NCBI GenBank assembly: GCA_965644295.1
Contig: CBFFRP010000151.1
Location: 62,001 to 126,000, forward strand
Origin: Paraphysomonas bandaiensis
Taxonomy: Eukaryota; Protista; Chrysophyceae
Direction of reading: 5' to 3'
DNA length: 64,000 nt
This document shows, one piece after another, positions 27,661 through 39,322 of this stretch. A model generated the notes under the pieces. It searched no databases. It had not been told where the DNA came from and was given only the letters and a program-made list of their open reading frames with translations. Each line of letters begins with the position of its first letter. Position 1 is the stretch's first letter. A program made the translations under genes and the position numbers.

Positions 27661-29052
27661 ATGAAGCAATCAGCTACTATTCGAGGGGAACAGGAGCACA
27701 AGGAAAGTGCAATTGCACCAACCCTTGATGTCGATATCGGTGACTATAGCGGTGACAGTGGTATGGAATCACTCTGCTTACATACACATTAATATATACA
27801 CAGACAGTGACCAACAAGCTACCAATGAAGAATTACTCTTTGATACGACCATACCGGAGGAAGTTAAAGAGTTTGTGGATACTGTTCGAGGGTACGGAGA
27901 ACAAGATGGTGCAGCTTTCGCTCTGATTCTGGAGAGACTTCCTAAAACTGCAAACAGTTTGGGAGTCGGAAAAACGAAATTACGGATATTGAAAACCTTA
28001 AAAAAATTTGGATATCTTCCATCTGACTTCAGAGATACTGTGTCGCGCTTTACGAAAGTGCAGATTAAAGACTATAATGGTCAACAAATTATGTATTTAT
28101 ACTTTTCTTGACAGTTATTTAAGATGCTATTCAAAAGTGCTGGACAGAACGTCGAAATCCGATAGTAGCATGCACAGTCTATCCCTTCGAAAGCTTCATT
28201 AATGCTCAACAGAATCCTGCTTTGAGGATGAGTTCATCATCGGAGGGCAACCAAGTTGCCTACATGGCACACTTGCTAACTCTCGCGGAGACCGCCTCGT
28301 TATGGGAACAACTAGCCGATGGACCGCGGGCAGAGTGTAGGCGGGCAGCTTTGGACCAACTGGTTCCATTTCGTGAGCAGATTTTGCAAAAAATTCTGTC
28401 AGTAGGTGAAGCGATGAAAGATCACCTGAACTACGACAAATTTTCACTCTGCAATATCTGTGAGGAAGCCAGAGAAGCGTGCATGTCTCTAGACCCAACT
28501 TCTGTTACTTTTTCTTGTCCTGGAGATCTGCTCGCTCTAAAAACTAAATGGGTGAATTTGTACGACGAATTACAAGCACGAGTTACAAGATCTGGTCAAC
28601 ATGTTCCCGACTCTTACGAGTATCGAAAGGAAGTTTGGGAGAACTATGTAGGGTCGCCAGGCCGATCGAAAAATGTCCCTCTCTATTACTGCTATATCTT
28701 GTGGCAGGATTGCCAACTGCGATGGACAACGCGGCGACTCCCAGCGGCTGCAGGTGTTTCATCTATCGGAGAAACATTACCGTCACAACCACGTGATCCT
28801 GATCATTCCTCGTCCACTGTATTTTCAAGGAGAGAGATGAGACAGCTCGCGATGGTACAGGCCGCTCTAAATCCACCGGTTAGGTCGGATACTGCTGTAG
28901 ACGACAGTAAAAAACGAGTTTTAGATCAGAAAGCTTCCGCAATCAAGGCAAGCAAGATTCAAAAATTCATTGACTCAAGCAGTTTTGATCTCATTCCTCC
29001 AGACGAACAGCAGGAATATCTCCAAATGTTACGACATGCACTACGGGAATAG
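27661..29052 (+). CDS. Spliced gene of unknown function, candidate accessory (second) ORF of the adjacent PIF/Harbinger-type element
   Basis: ATG 27661 splices in frame to DSDQQATNEE; 276-aa ORF with LKTKW...RSGQH...PLYYCYILW; convergent with the transposase. Confidence 0.5.
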
Positions 29053-29377
29053 ATTCCCTGTACTTTGTTCTCGATTATTTTAAAATTCACAAGTTAGTTA
29101 GCGACGCTTTAGTTTCATCGTAGTGCCTATGTTGTTTTGTTTTGTGCACGATGTTCTGAAAATGAAGTTATCAGAATAGTTTGAGTGATAAGTTATATTA
29201 TACTATAATCACATTCAAGTAAACACATCCGTAGATTCCATGTTTTACTACGTAGTCATTATAGCATAATATTATAACCAAACCCACTACGTTGGCAAGC
29301 AAAAACTAGCTACTGCATAGCTAATTACACGTATTGCAAGTATATACTACATGACTCTTGCACTCGTACTTAGATAA

Positions 29378-32340
29378 CTAGCGATCGCCGTAACCAATGG
29401 TGAAGTCGTTGTCAAACCTTACGTCATATCTCATTCCACAGTCGAGCATGTACTGCATCAGTTGTGTCTTTCGTTCTGTTCTTCGGTGGGCACGGTTCTG
29501 CAGCGCGGGGGAGAGATTAGCCATGTAATTCATGAGCTCAGTGTCATCAGGTATTGATGTCGTTATTTTCATATTGATCACTCCAGCCAAGAAAAATACC
29601 TGCATCTCTATAGCTTTGATATTTCTTCTCTATTGTATTAACTTCTGCTGCTCTAAATCTTTTCGATTTCCATCTTGAAAGACACAGGTTATGAAGCTTA
29701 CAGCACACTTTGACAATTGAGGTGTTAGATGTCAAGTTATGACACAATTGGATGATTTACTAAGTTAACTGGACGTGTATTCACTCATGAATCAAGTTAA
29801 TATAAGAGAAGATTATAATAAATATAATAAGCAATATATCACGTTATCTCTACTACCACTCATTTCTAGTACGATCTTACATCGTCATGATATCACTTCT
29901 CATAATACAGTAAACCACTACTGTATTTTCCAGTAACCGTCATAATTCCAATATCTTAGAATTACAGCTTTTAATTGCTTAAACAGCAAAACTCAACACT
30001 CCCTCTCAATTCAAAGCTGTACATTGAATTGTCAAACCACGAGTCATAGCTGACGGATACGCAACCTCATGAGCTGTGCATTGAATCTTCACATCGCAAG
30101 ACATAACTGAAGGATACGCAACCACCAAAACCTCAACAGTTGTACATTGAATCTTCACAACATCACGAGACATCACTGATGGGTAGAATTACAGCTTTTA
30201 ATTGCTCCAACAGCAAAACTCAACACTCCCTCTCAATTCAAAGCTGTAGATAGTCTCTTCATATCACGAGACATAACTGACGGATACGCAACCACCAAAA
30301 ACCTCATAGGACAAACCGGTGGACGTATGACTCCGACGTTTCAGCAAGTCTCACCATAGACAACACATCTGAAAGATCTTCTGTCTCTGATAACAGCACA
30401 TATGATTTCTTATCCTCGTCACTGAGATCAATCACACCACATCATTCAACTTCAACGCTAAGTCGCGAGTGCTCTGGCTGTCAGGAAGAATGGAGTGGGT
30501 TCGTACAATCGAAGTCCCAGTTCGACCAACACCACCCCCCGAAGCCACACCAGATCCCGCATGCCAGCAGACATAGCCTGCTACTTACACACTGAAGCAA
30601 ATCAAGGCAATTAACAAACTTCTCATATATTATGCCTTGGTCTCTCTATAATTAGACATATTATGTTAGTTATTAGAACAGTCACTGTCATCACACAGAT
30701 TGACAATCTCCTCATCATAAAGGTTTACCTCACCCAGGATGGACACACTAGTCAACACCCGTACGCTCACCACACAAGTCTCCCTAGACTCAGCAGGTAC
30801 AGTCTCACAGACACGATTCACGCTGATCTCACTAGACTTAGTATACACAGTATCACTAGGCAAAGTACGAAGGGACATTCTCTTCCCTGGAATCTCATCC
30901 GCCGTTTAGACTTATTGGGCGCACCACCCGAAGCCGGCGTGTAGATGAAGATCCACCCCTTTTTTTCATCACAAAAACGAGGTTTTTATAGTACAGCCGT
31001 CTCACTAGATACAGCACCCGCACTACTCTCTGGCAAAGTACGAAGGGACATTCTCTTCCCTGGAATCTCATCCGCCGTATAGACTTGTTATGTGTTCCCC
31101 ACGAAGCCGGCGTAGATGAAGACCCACCTCTCTTGTCGACACAAGAACGAGGTTTTTAGTACAGCCGGCGGTTATACACGTCTATATCGACTATACGATG
31201 GCCGAACTCTGCAACAGCTCGAACCAGTGGGTCACTCTTGACAAGCTCATCATCGATAGCATTCCATCTATCTCATGAGGAACTACTCTCATCATATATA
31301 ACACAATGGACACGACTCCTCATCACTCGCACCCTCATCGACACAACCAGACACATTACTGAATCACCGTGCTCACACTCTGCACATGGGTAGACATCAT
31401 TCTGATAATTATGCAGGTCTCTTCAGAGGGTTCATACATTCATCAACCACTACAACATAGCTACAGTACATAACAATAGCAGTAATCATTTCCAGTCTAC
31501 TTTTTCTGTCATGTTCGTATGAAAACCCCGATTTTCATAAATAATACTGGTTTTATATCCTATATACTGTATGTTTCTACTATACAAAAAGCAGTATCAC
31601 TCCTACTTCTCTGTCCAGTACATTCCAATGGTCACACTTCAGCAGTTGCTTCCAACTACCATCCGCTACCATGTCAAGTTATGACACAATTGGATGATTT
31701 ACTAAGTTAACTGGACGTGTATTCACTCATGAATCAAGTTAAGATGAGAGAAGATTATAATAAATATAATAAGCAATATATCACGTTATCTCTACTACCA
31801 CTCATTTCTAGTACGATCTTACATCGTCATGATATCACTTCTCATAATACAGTAAACCACTACTGTATTTTCCAGTAACCGTCATAATTCCAATATCTTA
31901 GAATTACAGCTTTTAATTGCTTAAACAGCAAAACTCAACATTAGATTCCAGCGAAAAAGGTAGACCCTTCCATAATATACCCCATTTTCGAACAAGAATT
32001 CCATAACACCTCTCAATTGTAATGCGCTGTGAACTTAAAATATTATTGAACGTTTTCATCTGACAGTACTTCGCTGCTGACAAAGTCTCTGCATACCTCA
32101 ACTGATGTTTACTGAATGGAGTTAAATGCATATCATCTTCAATAGAGCTATACGCCTCATCTAAAACAAAATGGAACTGAGGAGGTATAGTTCCATCTTG
32201 TGTCATGCCATATAACTTGGTTTGCTTATAGCAAGTAATATCTGGGGTTGCTCCAGGCCAATTGATTTCGATATATCGGATCATACAGAAAGCATCGCAG
32301 AAACCTTGCAAAATTACTGCGAAGCGGCCTTTATGGATGG
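29378..32340 (-). pseudogene. PIF/Harbinger-type (DDE_Tnp_4) transposase, 5'-truncated and split by an LTR element
   Basis: KGRFAVILQGFCDA, WPGATPD, LDEAY, LTPF, FNNILSSQRITIERCYGILVRKWGIL, resuming after the insertion with TSIVKVCCKLHNLC. Confidence 0.88.
29730..31940 (-). mobile_element. Non-autonomous Copia-derived LTR retroelement (TRIM/LARD-like), 2211 bp
   Basis: 269-bp TG..CA LTRs at 29730-29998 and 31672-31940; TSD TTAGA (29725-29729, 31941-31945); PBS TGGTAGCGG and PPT GAATTGAGAGGGAG on minus strand; decayed RNase H peptide near 30460-30580. Confidence 0.95.
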
Positions 32341-33005
32341 ACTAACTTTGTGCCTATGACCTATGAAAACCCCCATTTTTTATCTAGTGGTGTGAAAAAC
32401 TAGTATCATATTCATGTAATCCTCACTCGAATCGCTTACATCTTAAATGAACATGCATATTCTTTATATGCATTCATTGATTGATAGGTAGAAGGTAAAG
32501 TATGTTATCCTGTTCGAGTGAATACATTTTACATTTACTTCTGGTGATGCTAATACCATATATACGTAATCCTTGTTATTTTAACACTATAATTCGTATT
32601 TAGCCAATGACGAGATTTCTACTGACCAGGTGTGTAATTCAACCAATTTTACTAGATTGAATAACACATCCCCATACGAATAGAATCGTGACACAAAAGG
32701 TTTTGGCCACAAACAATACTAGAATAGAAGTGATCGCACGTAAAGTTGCCTTATTAGTTGAAAGCTATAACAATTCTGTGCAACGGATCCATATATAGAA
32801 GACGCATTGAGCAGTCTTATTTATATGTGGCGCATAAATTTGTCATTCGAAAAAGTAAGATAAATACTTTCTCCCACTCTTTTGTCTCGCTTCCCTTCTG
32901 GCAACTCCATGATACAATATTTAATACATTTATCTACAATCTACATGGTATATATAATGTACAAGCCCAAGCAAAGCTCCACAACCCTACACTGAACACA
33001 GTAAA

Positions 33006-33902
33006 CTATATTCTCTTCTCACGTTTTGGGCGGAAAACATATAAATACATTCCTGCTCCTAAAATAGCTCCTAAAGTTGGTGCCACCATGTACACCCAAA
33101 ATCCACTGCGTGGCCCCGGGAAGGCGATGTGGCCCCATCCCGCAGCGGCTGCAACAATACGAGGACCAAGATCTCTGGCAGGGTTCAGACATGCTTGGGT
33201 AAGAGGACATATGCAAGATATGACAACTGCGATCATTGAGCCAACAAGTGATGGAACAGAAGATGGATGGACGATGTGGTTAGTCGGACATGATAGAGCG
33301 AATACAACAAATGTAATCATTAGGCTGGCAACAGTCTCTACTATTAGAGCTCGTAGTGGGGTCACTAGATGAAAGTTTTCGTGGCCCGGATACACAGCCG
33401 GGTTAGGAAAATATGCAGCAAAGAGCATAGCAGTACGTTCACTTCCTGCTTCTCCGCGAGTGATACCATTTTCAGACTCAAAATCCTCAATGAATCCACT
33501 CCAAACGGCATAGTTTCCAGCACCACCAATTATTCCCCCTATTATCTGCGAAACTATATACATTCCACATTCATGCCATGTAAAATGTGTTTCTGACCCA
33601 TAAACAGCCATAGCAATGGACACTGCAGGGTTTAAATGAGCACCAGACACACTCCCAGTTGCATATATAGCAATAGCCACAGCAAGTCCCCATACAACAG
33701 CTATTTGCCACACACCTTCTTGTGATTCAGTGAGTACAGCGGATGATATAGTCATTAAACCAGGAAATACTATTAAACATGTTCCAATTGCCTCTGCTAA
33801 ACACTTATTGAGCCAATTGCATGAATAATGATCTTTAGAGGATGAACTGACAATAGGTTCACTGTCATAGTCTTTTAAAATCTCATAGTCAGATGATTTC
33901 AT
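33006..33902 (-). CDS. MIP-family aquaglyceroporin (GlpF-like), intronless
   Basis: SGAHLNPAVS and CLNPARDLGPRI NPA boxes, AEAIGT, hydrophobic helices; likely start MKSSDYE. Confidence 0.95.
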   Translation of the reverse strand: MKSSDYEILKDYDSEPIVSSSSKDHYSCNWLNKCLAEAIGTCLIVFPGLMTISSAVLTESQEGVWQIAVVWGLAVAIAIYATGSVSGAHLNPAVSIAMAVYGSETHFTWHECGMYIVSQIIGGIIGGAGNYAVWSGFIEDFESENGITRGEAGSERTAMLFAAYFPNPAVYPGHENFHLVTPLRALIVETVASLMITFVVFALSCPTNHIVHPSSVPSLVGSMIAVVISCICPLTQACLNPARDLGPRIVAAAAGWGHIAFPGPRSGFWVYMVAPTLGAILGAGMYLYVFRPKREKRI

Positions 33903-34142
33903 GAGTTTGATTTGCAAACTATATATATATATGAGTTGAATGAGTAGTGGCAGTTCATTGATTACTGTTACAGTTACTGTATTTGCATATGTACTGTACA
34001 TATCGTACTGCTGTACCACCAAATATTGTTGTACATTATATGACCACCAGATTATGATACGAACCATATGTATGTATAGTGTGGCTGTACTTGTATGGTG
34101 GAGGAATCCAGAAGTACAAGTACATTCGTGTCGTGTACCTGG

Positions 34143-34185
34143 ACATACATACATACATACATACATACATACATACATACATACA

Positions 34186-34216
<31 letters not shown>

Positions 34217-34400
34217 CTACCTACGTACCTACGTACCTACCTACCTACCTACCTACATACGTACATACACTCTGTGTAGGTACGACAACATATGAACTGC
34301 AGTGCACATATATACATATGTACATACACTCTGTGTAGGTACGACTACATACAAAACTATAGTGCACATACATACATATACTGTACATGCATATGATACG
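34143..34400. repeat. Short (TACA)n/(TACC)n array plus ~60-bp duplication upstream of aquaporin
   Basis: Direct. Confidence 0.9.
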
Positions 34401-34410
34401 AGGGCGTAGG

Positions 34411-34882
34411 GGCAGTCAGCATCTTATTTTTCGAAAATAAATTGAAGCAACAATCTTCTATATTACTGTAATACAACTACGGCTGAAATACAGACAATTA
34501 TTGTCTCAATATTAGAGGCAACTTGGAACAAAAATATATAGAAAGCATGCCGATACAAGTGTAGATAGAGCAGTCCATAGTATCGGCATCCTTCATTTAT
34601 TTTTGCTCAAATATGCCTCTAATATTGAGACAGCAATTATCTGTATTCCAGCCGTAGTTGTACCATAGTAATATAGACAATATTTGCTTCAATTTATTCC
34701 CGAAAAATGAGATACTGGCTGCCGATACGGATCATATCGGCATCCTTCGTACATTTTTGTTCATAGATGCCTCTTATATTGAGTCAACAATTATGTGTAT
34801 TCCAGCCGTAGTTGTACTGCAGTAATAGAGAGGATTTATGCTTCAATTTATTTCCGAAAAATAAGATGCTGACTGCCGATAC
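34411..34882. mobile_element. Cluster of three MITE-like family B copies (34411-34556 reverse; 34580-34728 and 34734-34882 forward)
   Basis: ~149-bp units with terminal inverted repeats GTATCGGCA...TGCCGATAC. Confidence 0.88.
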
Positions 34883-34974
34883 GATAGACGCATAATATAA
34901 CCACCCTCTCAACTCCATCTCATCGTCATACTAACCACATCAATCTCTATACCACACTAATAGTCATATATATC

Positions 34975-37900
34975 ATGGGAAGTGGATCATCACGTATATT
35001 ACAAGATATATCTGATTCATATCGACCTATTACATCCACTCAATCACATAATAAACCAGATCATACACGGAATATACGACATGAATTATCTGAACCATAT
35101 ATAGATGATACTAACATAAATATCACTAATACACTCCCAAAAGGACATGAAAATGAAGAGGACATTGAAGAACGTCAATATGCTATCAATATATTTTATA
35201 AATTCTTTTTTATTGATTGGAATGAAATGATTTTTAATCAATTTCAAAGAAATTTATTTATAAATCAATTACATAAAGAATATATAGTAAAAGATACTAT
35301 TATCATACATGAAGGTGATATGAATGATACTAAAGTATATATTATTCATAGTGGTGAAGTTCAAGTGATTATTAATGGTATCAAACAACAAAAATGTGGA
35401 CCAGGGACCTTATTTGGTGAACTATCATTACTTTATAATGCACCAAGAAGTGCTACTATACAGTGTATAAGTGATTGTATTTTATGGTCAATGGAAAGGA
35501 AAGTATTTAAAAGTATTCAACATATGACAGCTTCAGCATGTTTATGGCAACGAAGGTATAGTATTGTATTCTCATATGTTAATAGAGGTATATATATGAC
35601 TATATACGTGCAAAGGGTATAGATATGACTGTATACGTGCTAAGGGTATATACATATTATATTATGCACTCATATATATTTGCAGTCAATGGCTTATGAA
35701 TTGTCCTGAAATCGAGTGTTTGAAGCCCGCTCAAATGTCTCGTCTATTAAGTGCACTCACTAGAGTGCGTTATACAGCAAATGATATTATCTACTATCCC
35801 GATATGGGTTATGATAAGGTTATACTAATTGAACGAGGTACAGTCCTTGTAGACTGGATTAGTTCCACTGATTGTGAGGGAATAAATCCTTCTGAGAGTT
35901 TTGATAAGCATCTTGGTATAATACGACCTAAACAAAGAGGGAGTATGACAGAAGAGACCTTCATTCGTCATATAAAAGGTCTTGACACAGGGGATGATGA
36001 GGAAAGAGAAACACCAGTTCATCATATTGGGAATGAATTAAATATTCGTCCAGTGGAGTCGACGGAGAGTTTAATACAGTCATTATCTACAAGTATTTTG
36101 TATGAGGGGTGTGTGTTTGGTACCGCTATCATGCACGCACGAGCAGACAGAGCTCCGTGTGGAGCATGGAAATATGAATTAAAAGATGGGGTAGCACAAG
36201 TTATATGTCCAGCACGGGTAGTGGCGCAAGAAGACGTACAGTGCTCAATAGTCACGGTAGAAGTACTGGAACGTCTCTGTGGAGCCACTCTTGGGCCTCA
36301 GAGTAGTCAGTCGAGTGACTCATGCCCATTAGACTCCCGAAACCACACATATAAAGAAAATGTTATCAAGTTTAACCCTGATGATATGACAATAAAGCAT
36401 CTGTTGGGACAGGGTGGGTATGGAACAGTGATGTATGGACAGTATAAGAACCATACTACTTCGTATGCAGTCAAGTTTCAAAGCAAAGCTACTATCATGG
36501 AGAAAAATCAGCTTCGTCATGTTTTAGATGAGAGGAAACTCTTAGCATGGTTTGATTGCCCATTCATCATGAAACTGTATGGAACATATATGACCCCAAC
36601 TGCTGTAGTGCTGGTGACAGAGAATATAGAGCGTGGAGACATGTGGAGTGTAATATATGAAAACACTATGTGCGGTGACGATGGACTGTCTGCTGATCTT
36701 GTCAGGTAATAAAATGAGCACTGGTAGTTCAGACAGTACTTTTGTACATTACATAGCCTTTCTGCTCTGCTTTGAATGTCAATATACATTGCATATGTAC
36801 GGCGTGTACAGTTCTCCGGACTTTACTGTTTTATTTTAGGTTTTACTCCTCCTCAATCATCATCGCACTCGCCCACATTCACAGCAAACAAGTGGCTTAT
36901 CGCGACCTGAAACCTGAAAATATCATGATCGATGCAAGAGGCTATATCCGTCTCATCGACTTTGGTATGTGTGAACCTCGTATTGTCAGAATGTTTGTCA
37001 TATAGCTTGCACCCCGTGTAGTATGAGACTACTTTATATCACTTGTCCCTGCAGGATTTGCTAAACAGATTCCGTATGAAGTTGTGGATTCGTCTGGCAT
37101 CAGAAGACTCCAATACAAGGCTAGGACAATGTGTGGGTCGCCAGGTATTCAACATCTAGTGCAGTTTATTGAGCATCACCTGGGTTACAAACTTATATTA
37201 TATTTGATCCTCAGCACTAGTATATTGATGCACTACAATTTTACCGAATGCTTAGTGCTTCTCTGTAATGCTACGTTGCGCAGAGTACTTGGCTCCTGAG
37301 TTCATATTCTCCAGTGGCAACGACCACGGAGTAGATCTTTGGGCCCTAGGGGTATTAATATACGAAATGTATATGCTTAGGACTCCGTTTGCTGCCGAAG
37401 ATGATCCTGAAAATATAGAGCATATATTTACCAACATTGCCCGCGTGAAGGTACCTGCATCTGCTTCAATGCTGGCACACATGAGTCTTTCGCTCCATAA
37501 TATTGAGTTAAATGCCTGTGACTTTTATTATCGATACAGTAGTGTGATGTGCTGTTTTTATGGACTTATGGGTGTAACATGTAAAATAGGTGTTATTAGT
37601 GTACTGCTTGTTCGCCGTTATAAATTGAGTGTGACATCGGTGTTTTGATATAGGGCTGCCCAGAGTTACCATTGGAAATGGCCGACAAAGACGGAGGGAC
37701 TCAGGCACAAGCATTGTTGAGATCATTGCTGCAAGCTGATCCTCTCGAGTAAGTACAGTGCCATGTGTTTCTTCACTAGACCTTTGTGCAATGCAGTGTT
37801 GTACGTATTACATACATTGCAACCGGTTTTAACGTATTTCTGTAGTCGACTGGGGTATAAAGAATTCAATACAAAGAGAATTCTTGATCACCCGTTTTAT

Positions 37901-38041
37901 GCGGGGTATAATGTGGAGGTTGTAGAGAATATGGCACTCACCCCCCCTTACGTTCCTTCCTTAATGAATTTCGAGACGGGCACAGCCACTTTAGACTTTA
38001 GTGAATATTATGGTGACGATTCAGTATTCGAGGGATTTTGA
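34975..38041 (+). CDS. cGMP-dependent protein kinase-like protein (cNMP-binding domains + AGC kinase), multi-exon
   Basis: MGSGSS N terminus; FGELSLLYNAPRSAT; GQGGYG, YRDLKPEN, DFG, CGSPEYLAPE, DLWALG. Confidence 0.92.
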
Positions 38042-39322
38042 GTCGATTTCCAAGTTTCAATATACGATGCATTGTACTTTTGTAGTGATTTATATGTATA
38101 TTGGCAATATAAATATATGTCTTTGTCCTTAGAATTCTATGAAGTATATGATTAAGGACAGAAATACTGATGACGTCGTGAGTATGATTTCATCCGTATC
38201 GTAATGATTTGTTGGGTGTGGTGTATTTCAGAGTGATTTGTATAATATAAGTATTATAATATTTTTTTATTGTTTGTAATATACACTTAACTCGTAGTTT
38301 TCGTTGCGAGAGAAAATTGAAAAATGACGGAAAAATTAAAAATCACGTAACTAAGAATATTGGTTCAATTAATTCTCAATAATGGAAATTGGGACAGCCA
38401 ATAGTGATTGCAATAATAAGTGATCAAAATATAGTAGCAGCGAATATCTTATTATTAACCACATGCGTTTACGAGTCAGTGCTTAACTCTTATATCCTAC
38501 TATTTAACGCTACAAAAGCTGCAAGCACCAAGGTGGATCTATAGATCTATTATTGGACCTAGTCTATTTTGCTCTTTTATCACTAGAAATAACGCAGTGA
38601 GCAATCAGTGACCTGACATCTGCTGACTTCAGGATTCTTGAATTCTTAAGGTGAACATCCCGGATGCCTGACTTCAACTGGTAGCCCTATACCCCGGTTA
38701 CCCTTGAGGAGGGCCCATTTCCCGATGTCTGTTTAATCAAGGTCCAAAGACGTCAGTAGCACTTATTGGTGTCCCTTGTATCACACAGCATTCGGCTATG
38801 AGTGGGCAGAACGTTATTTGCTGACTATATATGCTGCTGACGTTAGTTTCCCGGAGAAATATCTCTGGTACTTATCCCTCTAGAACACCACGAAAAGGTG
38901 CAAGTCCGACTTTGTTGAGACTGATTGTAGCAAATATTACAAGTTATGAACCCATCATGTTGCAACGCTATATTCTTTTACCCCCCTTCTATGTCACAAG
39001 TTCATATATTGTTTATTGGATTAGACTAAAATATACTAAGTGATCCAACTGTAGGCCAGCGATTAGAAAACGAGCTAAGGCTTAAGGGACTCTATAATTG
39101 AGTCCGCAGTTCTTAGCAGACTTGCTAGGTGGACAACCAGGGAGCAGAGCAGTCACACAGTAACGATCGAAGGTAGCACTCTACAGCTTTGGGTGTAATT
39201 ATTGCATAAATACGACCTATTAATATTTACACAGCATCACAGTACTAACACAATTAAGAGTGCTGATACCAAATATTACTGTGTGCTCATAGAGCCTATT
39301 AGCAAATGTCTAATTTATTCCC

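Noticed and set aside
31515-32385. Shared atgaaaacccc.atttt motif at 31519 and 32363 as the end of another LTR
   Set aside because: Too short to define an element
38560-39230. Possible TE remnant or ncRNA between convergent genes
   Set aside because: No motif, repeat partner or structure I could support
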